Below are positions 26,748 to 35,333 of a stretch of DNA of 64,000 nt, one piece after another (the stretch's first letter is position 1; each line of letters starts with the position of its first letter). The position numbers and the translations under genes were made by a program. The DNA is from a virus (taxonomy: Duplodnaviria; Caudoviricetes): the IMG/VR virus record IMGVR_UViG_3300028048_000042; one strand, given 5' to 3'. The notes below the pieces were generated by a model. The model saw only the letters and a list, made by a program, of their open reading frames with translations. It was not told the origin of the DNA and did no database searches.

Positions 26748-29700
26748 ATGTTTGATACAGTTGATGGGAAACTTTTAACCAATACGGAAGTGCAAATTCC
26801 TGATTGGATTAAGGAAACCAAATTTAAAAAACCTGTTAAGGCTAAGTTAGATGTTAGCTTTAATACAAATATTATTAATCGTACTCATGCAGTTGCAGAA
26901 CGTAGTTTTGACGATTTGGCAAATGTTCGTGAACTTAAATATACGTTAAGTGCAAAACAGTTGCAGGTTTTTGCTATGAATGATTTAGCAAAATTCCTTC
27001 GTCAGTATCGTTATGAAGCAACTGCTAGTTCGAAAGAAAACGCAGTAGATATTAATGTAATGTTTGTAAACAATCCTTTTGAATATACATTTACTTATAG
27101 TGATGTAAATGGTAAAGTGGTTGCAAACAAAACATTCAAAACAAAATTTGACGGTAAGGTTAATGAATACCCATATAGTTATGCAGGTATTGAAGATTCT
27201 ATTGAAGACAGTAAAAATATTGACCGAAAAAAATCTGTAAAAGTAGCAAATAAAAATGTTAAATACAGCATTATTTCTAAGTATGATATTGTACAACGTT
27301 GCAATAATTATCTTGGTGAAGCTAAAAAAATTATTGAAAAACATTTAAATGAAGGTAATATTGTTGCTGTAGGAAGTAATGAGTATGCTACTGTTTATGA
27401 TACAAACCTTTTATTCCCTGATTTGCGTGAAGAATTTCAGGGTGAAGTATCTCATATGGCTGATTTTGTTGATAATCATGTTGCAACAGCAAGCTATGAA
27501 AATAAAACAGCTAATCGTTTAGCAATGGAATCTTGCAAAGTTCTTGGTGAGGTTTTCAATGTAGAAAAAATTGCTGAAGCTAATCGTGAAGGAGATAATC
27601 TCTATGTAACAGCTTATGTTACACATAATAATGTTCGTGATAAGATTAGCGTTGCTATGAGCATTGAAAATGAACGTGTTGGTAAAATTAAATGCGTTGA
27701 AGATTCTGATTCTAATCGTTACAGTGTGGCGCAAATTCTCGCTAAGTTTGGCGAAAACGATAAGAAAATTGTTGCTTATTTGAATGGTAAAGATAAGCAC
27801 GTTGCAGGCGGTTATATCTATTCTGCAAAAGCTGTAAAGGCTCAGTTGGGCAAAGTAATGAGCCATGATAATATTAATAAAATGTTGAATCTTTGGGTAG
27901 AAAATGGATTTGCTGAAAAAGTAAATACAACTACATACGCAAGTAGAATGAGCTTGGCAGAAATGGTTCAACGCACAAATGCAGAATTCTTGTCTGATGA
28001 TAAGATTGAAGAAATTCTTCATGCTTCTGCTACATTTGGTAATGATGCTCATTTCCATAAGTATTTCCAAAAAGATAATGACACACGTAACAAAGAAGCT
28101 GTTGCTGTTAACCAAGCATATAAGGGTAACGTAGAATATATGCTCGGTAAATATTTCAATAACATTAACGTTCATATGTTATCCAAAGATAAATTCGTTG
28201 TTGAATTTATGAATGAAAATGGTAAAAAGCAAAAAGTTTCTGCAAGTCTAAATAATGGTAATATCTTGTTCAAAGTTGGTAACAAAAATGTTACTATGGA
28301 TAAGATGAATCAGATGTTCAAAACAAGTGAATTACTTAAAGCTTATGCTAAAGACGTAGATGAAGATTTGTCTAAAGTTCATAAGATGGTAATTTCCAAG
28401 AAACAGTTTGCAGACAATGTTAAAGATTATCTAACAGAAGAACAGACAAATGAATTGATTGATAATCTTGTTTCTGAATATAAATTGGTAAAAGTCGCTA
28501 GTGATAAATACGTTAGTGAATATCAATTCAAAGATTTATTGAAGAGTTTTGTTGGGGATTTTGACAAAAACCTAAAACAGGAAAATATTGCAAAAGCAAA
28601 TCGTACCACTTTGAAAGAATTGGTTCGTAATTATATTACTGATGGTGACACACGTAATCAGATTGCTCTTTCTGAGAAAGAAGCTAAGTTTGCAAATAAC
28701 TACAAAAAAGTTGCAAAATATCTAAACAACTTCAAATTAAATATGGTATCTGATGATATGGGTGTTATTAACTTCTGCACAGATAATAATGAATGGGGAA
28801 AGCGCAAAATTGCCGCTAAATTTGCCGAGAATGGCGTTCAATGTAAGGTTGGCAGTAAATGGGTAGGTATTGAATTTGTCCCTGCTCTATTTAAGTCTAG
28901 CGCAGTTTTAAAGGCATATGTGAAGGACACGAAAGCTTCAGTTGATAATCATAGTATTGTTATTTCTAAGAGACAGTTCGTAGATAAAATGAGTGATTAT
29001 GTAACAGAAGATGATATTAATGCTTTTATTAAACTACTCACTACAAACAAAAAACTGACACAGATTGCAAGTAATCTATATGTATCTGACAATTCTTTCG
29101 AAGAATTACTCAGCGAATATGAAGGTAATGTAGATGAAGGTATTAAGACTGACAATCTAAATAAAAAGAATCGTTTAGCAGACAAAGAAGTGGAAAGTGA
29201 TTACATTGAAGATGGAGATACACGTAAACCACAAAAAATGTTAAGTGAATCTGAATTCAAGGCACAGTTTGAACATGCATTACCATCACACATTGCATGT
29301 AAAGAATTTAAAGACATCTCTATTAATGAAACTGCCGCAAAATGCAAAGCAGTATTGTTTAATAAACATAATGGTTTATCTGTACTTGGTTCTTATGACA
29401 TTGCAGTTACAAATGGTCAATTAGATAAAGCATTTGGTAAGAATGCAGATGCAATTTTTGATTTAACTACAATCAATAAGGTTTTCAATAAGTATAATCA
29501 CGAGAAGAGAGAAGCCAAAAAGAGAATTATTTCTAAACGTTATTTGAAGGAAAAATTAAATAAGATTGCTTACACAGGTGATTTAGATACTGTATTTGAT
29601 AATTGGGAAAAGAAAGGTTTAGCAGAACGTATTGATGGAAATACATATGCTACTGAATATACAGTAGATGAATTACTTGCAAAGAGTAATATTTTAGCTT

Positions 29701-29999
29701 ATAAAGAAGAAGAAATTCAGAATAAATTTGATAAAGCTAGTGCAATCCGTCAGATTATTCCAAAGCAGTATCATGTACAGGATAGCGATTCTAAATCTTT
29801 AGCAAATGTAGCTGATTGCAAAACTGATGATGAAATTCAGAAAGTAAAAGCATATTATAAAGATAAATTAAATCAGATGGTTGAAGACAATGTTGTTACA
29901 GCTAGTCGTGTAGAAAAACTTTATAAGAAGTTAGATGTTATCAAAGAAGTAGTTGAATTATCTGATTTTGGTAAAGAGCTTGAAAGATATATGAGATAA
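26748..29999 (+). CDS. large protein with five internal approx 185-aa repeats, putative internal virion protein
   Basis: 1083 aa; recurring ISK...Y(A/V)(S/T)...D-x-D-T-R modules. Confidence 0.65.
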   Translation: MFDTVDGKLLTNTEVQIPDWIKETKFKKPVKAKLDVSFNTNIINRTHAVAERSFDDLANVRELKYTLSAKQLQVFAMNDLAKFLRQYRYEATASSKENAVDINVMFVNNPFEYTFTYSDVNGKVVANKTFKTKFDGKVNEYPYSYAGIEDSIEDSKNIDRKKSVKVANKNVKYSIISKYDIVQRCNNYLGEAKKIIEKHLNEGNIVAVGSNEYATVYDTNLLFPDLREEFQGEVSHMADFVDNHVATASYENKTANRLAMESCKVLGEVFNVEKIAEANREGDNLYVTAYVTHNNVRDKISVAMSIENERVGKIKCVEDSDSNRYSVAQILAKFGENDKKIVAYLNGKDKHVAGGYIYSAKAVKAQLGKVMSHDNINKMLNLWVENGFAEKVNTTTYASRMSLAEMVQRTNAEFLSDDKIEEILHASATFGNDAHFHKYFQKDNDTRNKEAVAVNQAYKGNVEYMLGKYFNNINVHMLSKDKFVVEFMNENGKKQKVSASLNNGNILFKVGNKNVTMDKMNQMFKTSELLKAYAKDVDEDLSKVHKMVISKKQFADNVKDYLTEEQTNELIDNLVSEYKLVKVASDKYVSEYQFKDLLKSFVGDFDKNLKQENIAKANRTTLKELVRNYITDGDTRNQIALSEKEAKFANNYKKVAKYLNNFKLNMVSDDMGVINFCTDNNEWGKRKIAAKFAENGVQCKVGSKWVGIEFVPALFKSSAVLKAYVKDTKASVDNHSIVISKRQFVDKMSDYVTEDDINAFIKLLTTNKKLTQIASNLYVSDNSFEELLSEYEGNVDEGIKTDNLNKKNRLADKEVESDYIEDGDTRKPQKMLSESEFKAQFEHALPSHIACKEFKDISINETAAKCKAVLFNKHNGLSVLGSYDIAVTNGQLDKAFGKNADAIFDLTTINKVFNKYNHEKREAKKRIISKRYLKEKLNKIAYTGDLDTVFDNWEKKGLAERIDGNTYATEYTVDELLAKSNILAYKEEEIQNKFDKASAIRQIIPKQYHVQDSDSKSLANVADCKTDDEIQKVKAYYKDKLNQMVEDNVVTASRVEKLYKKLDVIKEVVELSDFGKELERYMR

Positions 30000-30022
30000 T
30001 AAATGACAGAAGGGAATAATCT

Positions 30023-30292
30023 ATGAAAAGATTGGTTCGTTTGTCAGCATTAGATATGAAAAAATTAGAAGAAGATTATTTGAAGATGATTGAGAAGGAA
30101 AATCAATCATCTTCTCCTTCTAATAAACCAACATATAAATTAACTGACAAAGAAAAAATGAATGATGACGAAAAAACATTTTTCCCATCGACAGGGCTTT
30201 TAGTTGAATATGATGATAATCAAGTAGATACAAATCCTAGAGGTGGAATACCTGGGCCTTGGGCGGCTTCATTAAGATGGATTGGAAGATGA
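30023..30292 (+). CDS. hypothetical protein with MKRL leader
   Basis: MKRLVRLSA start, SD. Confidence 0.65.
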   Translation: MKRLVRLSALDMKKLEEDYLKMIEKENQSSSPSNKPTYKLTDKEKMNDDEKTFFPSTGLLVEYDDNQVDTNPRGGIPGPWAASLRWIGR

Positions 30293-30296
30293 TGAA

Positions 30297-31262
30297 ATGA
30301 GATTTATCAAATTCGATAAGAAAAATTATCGTATAAGATTTCATTCAAGGTGTAAGAATTACAAAATAGAATGGTATTTTGGTAATATATGTAATTCGCA
30401 TTGTTCGTATTGTTTTGATAAAGACAGTCGAAAAACGTGTTATCGAAATATGACGAAGGAAGAAACGGATAAAGTAGTTAAATTCATCAATGATTTACCT
30501 CCATTATATGAATTATTGTGTTTAGGTGGAGAACCATCTTGTTTTAAATATTTAGAATATGGGTTAGATAAGATAAAACATGGGTGTGCGATAACGATTT
30601 TAACAAATGGTAAAGATGAAGAATTTGTAAAAAGGATGTTAAAACGTGGAACAAAAAAGCAACCGATGCACGTTGATTTAACTGCACATTCTGAAGAATT
30701 TTTAAAAGACAAAAAAAACAATTTAGAACATTTGGGTAGATTAATCAATTACAAAAATAACAATCCATATAGTAGATTAGCATTTCGTATAATGTTAGAT
30801 GGAGAAAAAACAATGGAGTATAAAGAATTAGTAGAATTCTTATATAACAACATTGTTCGAAATCATAGTGGATTAGAATTACACGTATCATTTATTTATC
30901 GTGAAGGAACTCCGAAAGAATTTATCAATAATATTCTTACCACAACAAAGTTTGATGAAGAAATTGGTGAATTTTTAAAGAGTGAATTAATGGCGCAAAG
31001 GAGTTCGTCATTAAAGAACAATTGTCATTATGGCAAGAAGTGTCCTGTATTAGAACATTTTGCATATATAAGGTTGGATGGTAGATTGGACGCAAGACCT
31101 TCATGTACAGAGAATGACAGTGAATTAACACATAAGTCGATATTTGATGATGATTTTGATTTAGAAGAAGAAAAAGAAAACATCAAATGGATTTGTCATA
31201 AAAAACATGAGCAAAATTGGGGACTATGTGAGCACGTATATGGGCAACTGAGGGAAGGATAA
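30297..31262 (+). CDS. radical SAM protein (tandem paralog 1)
   Basis: CNSHCSYC, LGGEP and TNG motifs; C-terminal Cys cluster. Confidence 0.88.
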   Translation: MRFIKFDKKNYRIRFHSRCKNYKIEWYFGNICNSHCSYCFDKDSRKTCYRNMTKEETDKVVKFINDLPPLYELLCLGGEPSCFKYLEYGLDKIKHGCAITILTNGKDEEFVKRMLKRGTKKQPMHVDLTAHSEEFLKDKKNNLEHLGRLINYKNNNPYSRLAFRIMLDGEKTMEYKELVEFLYNNIVRNHSGLELHVSFIYREGTPKEFINNILTTTKFDEEIGEFLKSELMAQRSSSLKNNCHYGKKCPVLEHFAYIRLDGRLDARPSCTENDSELTHKSIFDDDFDLEEEKENIKWICHKKHEQNWGLCEHVYGQLREG

Positions 31263-31265
31263 AAT

Positions 31266-32213
31266 ATGTGGAAGAAATATACAAAAGATTTGCGTATAAA
31301 ATTCCATTCAAGAATGTCTTATTATCGCATTGAATGGTATTATGGCAATATTTGTAACCAAAGGTGTTCATATTGTTTAAACAATCATACGTATTCTGAT
31401 TATTATAAAAATGTAACGAAGGAACAAGTAGATAAAGTAGTTGATTTTATTAATAATTTTCCGAAACCGCTTTTTGATATACAATTTATTGGTGGAGAAC
31501 CATCTTGCTTTAAACATTTTTTCTATGCATTGGAAAGAATTAATCGCAGAGGAAGAATTAATGTCATGAGTAATGGTGCGGATGAAGAATTTATAGAAAA
31601 ATTACTTTCTATGGGTACAAGGAATAATCCTGTATTAATTTGCGTTTCGCCACATTATGAATATTATTTAAAAGACAAAGAAAAATTTTTAGAACATCTT
31701 GAACGAATAGCGAAGATGAATTTAAAATATGAATACGGCGACCTTGAATTCAATGTATTGTTAGACCAAGAAAAGACAAAAGAATACAAAGAATTAGTTG
31801 AATGGGTATATCATGTGGCACGAGGAAAATACAAAGTGTGTTTTGTTAGTTCTTATGTTCGCAGAACAAGGGATGCTAAAGAAGTAGTTAAGAATTATGC
31901 AATCACTTCAATTTTTGATAAAGAAACAAGGGATTACATTCGTGAAGACTTTGGTGGAGCAAGATTAGAGTATTTAAGACATAATAACCATTGTGGGGAA
32001 ATATGTCCTGTATTTGAAAATTATGTATTTATTAGAATGGATGGAAGATTGGAAGCTACAGGATGTGAGCAACCAATTATTTCAAATAAATCCATTTATG
32101 ATGATGACTTTGATTTAGAAGAAGAAAAACGTCAATTAACACAGGTTTGTAAATGTAAAAGGCAACCAAATAACGGAATGTGTGACCACGTACATGGATT
32201 ACCACCTGATTAA
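31266..32213 (+). CDS. radical SAM protein (tandem paralog 2)
   Basis: CNQRCSYC, IGGEP and SNG motifs; colinear with the upstream paralog. Confidence 0.88.
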   Translation: MWKKYTKDLRIKFHSRMSYYRIEWYYGNICNQRCSYCLNNHTYSDYYKNVTKEQVDKVVDFINNFPKPLFDIQFIGGEPSCFKHFFYALERINRRGRINVMSNGADEEFIEKLLSMGTRNNPVLICVSPHYEYYLKDKEKFLEHLERIAKMNLKYEYGDLEFNVLLDQEKTKEYKELVEWVYHVARGKYKVCFVSSYVRRTRDAKEVVKNYAITSIFDKETRDYIREDFGGARLEYLRHNNHCGEICPVFENYVFIRMDGRLEATGCEQPIISNKSIYDDDFDLEEEKRQLTQVCKCKRQPNNGMCDHVHGLPPD

Positions 32214-32224
32214 GGAGTTTGATT

Positions 32225-32590
32225 ATGAAAAGATTGATAAAAAGGACAGCAAGGTATGTACCGAAACAAGAATTTGAAGTAAAAAGTTTTATATCAAAGG
32301 ATGGTTTGCAATACACATATAATGTACGTATTGTAGGTAATGAACCTAGATACTCCATAGTTATCAATAGTGCTTATGATAGTTATTCTTTGTATGATGG
32401 TGATGATTATGAAGGGTCGTTTAAAGTATTTTGTGAATTATCAATTGCATTGAAAGGCGTATCTTTTGCTGAAGATTTATATAGCACGAAAAAAGAAATT
32501 GAAGAAAAAATCAAAAAGATGACAGTACAGCCAAGGGATAGCTATTTGAAATATAAACACTTATTCCTTGGAGATTCGGATATGGTGTAA
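32225..32590 (+). CDS. hypothetical protein with MKRL leader
   Basis: MKRLIKRTA after aaggag SD. Confidence 0.65.
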   Translation: MKRLIKRTARYVPKQEFEVKSFISKDGLQYTYNVRIVGNEPRYSIVINSAYDSYSLYDGDDYEGSFKVFCELSIALKGVSFAEDLYSTKKEIEEKIKKMTVQPRDSYLKYKHLFLGDSDMV

Positions 32591-32592
32591 TT

Positions 32593-32793
32593 ATGAAACG
32601 ATTAGTAGCAGAAGAAATGACTCATAGAGATATAGTCATGCAATTTGGATTATCCAATCATACGTATAATGATTTAATTATTAATAATGGAGAAATTGAA
32701 GATAGTAAATATACTCCTGAATATAAATTTGAAGAACCTTGTGATAATCCTGAATGGCGATTTAAAGACCAAAACAATTCACAAAAATTTTAA
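32593..32793 (+). CDS. hypothetical protein with MKRL leader
   Basis: MKRLVA start. Confidence 0.6.
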   Translation: MKRLVAEEMTHRDIVMQFGLSNHTYNDLIINNGEIEDSKYTPEYKFEEPCDNPEWRFKDQNNSQKF

Positions 32794-32878
32794 AAAATAA
32801 TATAATATTTTAAGGTTCTTTTATTTTTGTTATAGTGATATAATAAAAAATCTGTTATAAAAATTTAAATAGAAAAAG

Positions 32879-34399
32879 ATGGTGAATATTTTGAAAATTA
32901 CTAAACAGAGTAATGGTCTGCCTGAATGGTTGTCCACGTTGGCAGACGTATTTAAGGAAAAGAAAAACGCCAAAGCAGAAATGCAGGTTGGCAACCTTCC
33001 AACAGTAGATTGGAACGATAACACATTTTATGTAGATGTTGTTGATGGTGAAGTAATTCTTTATAATCAGTATGGTAATGAAGTTCTTAAACTTATGGCT
33101 AATGAACTTGGTAAGACTGATGATGAAGATGTAGTAAGTGCTGTTGATAAATATTTGAATGAGCACTATGTAACTGCAAGCGTCAACTCTGAGGGTTCAA
33201 CAACTTTTGAAAAGAAAGTTATTGCTGAAGAGGGAGATATTGACGTTGACTTGGATGACAACGATACGAATCCTAATGATGAAATGGATATGGTCTTTGA
33301 GCAGGAACTTGAAAAAGTTGCTAGTATGGAAGACGGTATGCCTGAGGATGAAGGTTCAGGTGATTCAGAAGGTACTGATGGTGCTGAACAGCAGACAGCT
33401 ACAGCTTCTGTAGAAGAAGTTGAAGAAAACGTTGACGAAGAGCCTGTTGTAGAGGAAACTCCTGTAACAGAACCTGTGGCTTCTGATGAAGAACCTGCAA
33501 TTGCAACTGACCCTGTTGTTACTGAACAGCCTGAAGAAAAAGCAGGCGAACCTTCTCAGGGCGTTGAAGATGAAGCAGGAGAAATCTCTGAAGGTATTGA
33601 TGACGTAGCTACAAAAGGTGATGCAACACCTACTGATGATTTTGGTTTTGATGATGTAGATTCTGAACCTGTTGAAGAAGGTTGCGAATGCGAAGAATGT
33701 GCTTGTGAGGGTTGTGAAGAAGAATCTAAAGACAAAGAAGGTTTTGTAAGCCTTGCTTCTTATAATCGTCTTGTTGCACGTTTGAATGCTCTTGAAAAAA
33801 CAGTTAAGGCTTTTCAGGCAGAACAGAGAGCATATACAGACCCAGGTGATGTTTATGACCTCAATTGTCAGGAAGAAGAAGTAAAGAACTTTCAGAAAAG
33901 TGCTGCTGAAACACAGGCAGTAGTTGATGCAGAGCATGAATTGGATATGTCTAAGATGTCTGACCGTGCAAAGCTCAATGAAAATTTTGTAAATGAGGTT
34001 ATTAATAACAGTGCAGAACAGACAGAAGCAGTAAATGAAGTTGTTGCTCCTGCCGAAGTTCCTTCTGAAACTAATGAAGAAGTAACTGAAGAACCTGTTG
34101 CTACTGAAGAAGCAGTTGAGGGTGAAGTTGTAGAAGAACCAACAGAAGAAACATCTGAGGAAGCTACAGAAGAACCTGCAACTGATGAAGAAATTCCTGT
34201 TGAGGAAAATGCAACAGAAGCTGATTATGTTGCCCTTGATGAAGAACAGTTGAATAAATTTGCTAAAAAAATTTGTCCTTTCTGCGGTAAAGAACATTTG
34301 ACACCTGTTGATGAAGTAGGTGGTGTTATTGGTGTTCGTTGTGATGATTGCGGTAAGGAATTTGCCGTTAGTGATGACGAAGTATATACAAAAGAATAA
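32879..34399 (+). CDS. highly acidic protein with C-terminal zinc ribbon, putative scaffold/core protein
   Basis: E/D/P-rich tracts; CPFC...CDDC; coiled-coil YNRLVARLNALEK. Confidence 0.6.
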   Translation: MVNILKITKQSNGLPEWLSTLADVFKEKKNAKAEMQVGNLPTVDWNDNTFYVDVVDGEVILYNQYGNEVLKLMANELGKTDDEDVVSAVDKYLNEHYVTASVNSEGSTTFEKKVIAEEGDIDVDLDDNDTNPNDEMDMVFEQELEKVASMEDGMPEDEGSGDSEGTDGAEQQTATASVEEVEENVDEEPVVEETPVTEPVASDEEPAIATDPVVTEQPEEKAGEPSQGVEDEAGEISEGIDDVATKGDATPTDDFGFDDVDSEPVEEGCECEECACEGCEEESKDKEGFVSLASYNRLVARLNALEKTVKAFQAEQRAYTDPGDVYDLNCQEEEVKNFQKSAAETQAVVDAEHELDMSKMSDRAKLNENFVNEVINNSAEQTEAVNEVVAPAEVPSETNEEVTEEPVATEEAVEGEVVEEPTEETSEEATEEPATDEEIPVEENATEADYVALDEEQLNKFAKKICPFCGKEHLTPVDEVGGVIGVRCDDCGKEFAVSDDEVYTKE

Positions 34400-34420
34400 T
34401 TAAAGGCAGGTAAAAATAAA

Positions 34421-34645
34421 ATGAGCATGATTCATGGTAAAACGATTACAGCAGGTCTTAATGTAAATAATACAAGTATTCAGGAAATGCTAACACTCAT
34501 GGGTGTTGAAGCTACTGATGAAATGACCAACAATGCAATGAATTATTTCTTGCAGAAAAAGGAAGGTATTACAATGGCAGGTCTTTATGATTTCCTTCAG
34601 TCCGAAGGTGTTATGGGCGTTGCTAAAGTAGTAGATATTCGATAA
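34421..34645 (+). CDS. hypothetical protein
   Basis: 74 aa ORF with SD and terminator. Confidence 0.65.
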   Translation: MSMIHGKTITAGLNVNNTSIQEMLTLMGVEATDEMTNNAMNYFLQKKEGITMAGLYDFLQSEGVMGVAKVVDIR

Positions 34646-34749
34646 GAAATTTTGAAAGAGGAAGAAAATTCTTCCTCTTTTTTGTTATATTTTTTTGTTT
34701 TAAAGTTATATTTTTGTTGAAAATTTTGAACGATAAGGATTGAAAAAAT

Positions 34750-35169
34750 ATGATTTTGAAAAAAGAGAGAATGCGCAATTATATCAACTATGATTACAAT
34801 GAAGACGAATACGAAGAAAGTCCTGTATATACATATAAACTCAATGAGGAAGAAGACGATGAATATGATGAAGAAAAAAATAAAGATTTTGGTGCTAGTG
34901 ATGACTCTATCATTGACAATTTGGATAAAGATATTCCAATGCAACCTCACCCAACTGTTAGAAAACACAGAAAACAACGTGCCACAACAATGAATAAGCG
35001 TAAGAAATTAGATGTTGTTTATGAAGTAGGAACGGAAGTTATTTACAAAAAGAAAAAAGCCAAAGTTATTTTTGGGCCTTATGAAAAAAATTATAAATTT
35101 GTTTACGAATTGCAAATGGAAGATGGCAGTATTACAAGTGCAATTGCAACCTCTGTAAAAAAAGCATAA
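34750..35169 (+). CDS. hypothetical protein with C-terminal SH3/KOW-like domain
   Basis: YEVGTEVIYK...AKVIFGP pattern after an acidic N-terminus. Confidence 0.55.
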   Translation: MILKKERMRNYINYDYNEDEYEESPVYTYKLNEEEDDEYDEEKNKDFGASDDSIIDNLDKDIPMQPHPTVRKHRKQRATTMNKRKKLDVVYEVGTEVIYKKKKAKVIFGPYEKNYKFVYELQMEDGSITSAIATSVKKA

Positions 35170-35333
35170 AATTAAAGGATAACTATATAGTTATCCTTTT
35201 TTTTTTAATTGTGCGGTTTTTGTCAGAATATGTATGTAAAGCAATAGAAATATTAAGCAATTTAAAAAAAATATTTAATGATTAGGTACTTGAAATAAGT
35301 ATTTTATATCGTAAATAAAATGAGGTGATATTT

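Noticed and set aside
33365-34297. Long minus-strand ORFs (also 47158-48051, 27519-28175, 36831-37499 and many shorter ones)
   Set aside because: Antisense shadows of biased + strand genes; Phe/Ile-rich, no SD, no motifs.
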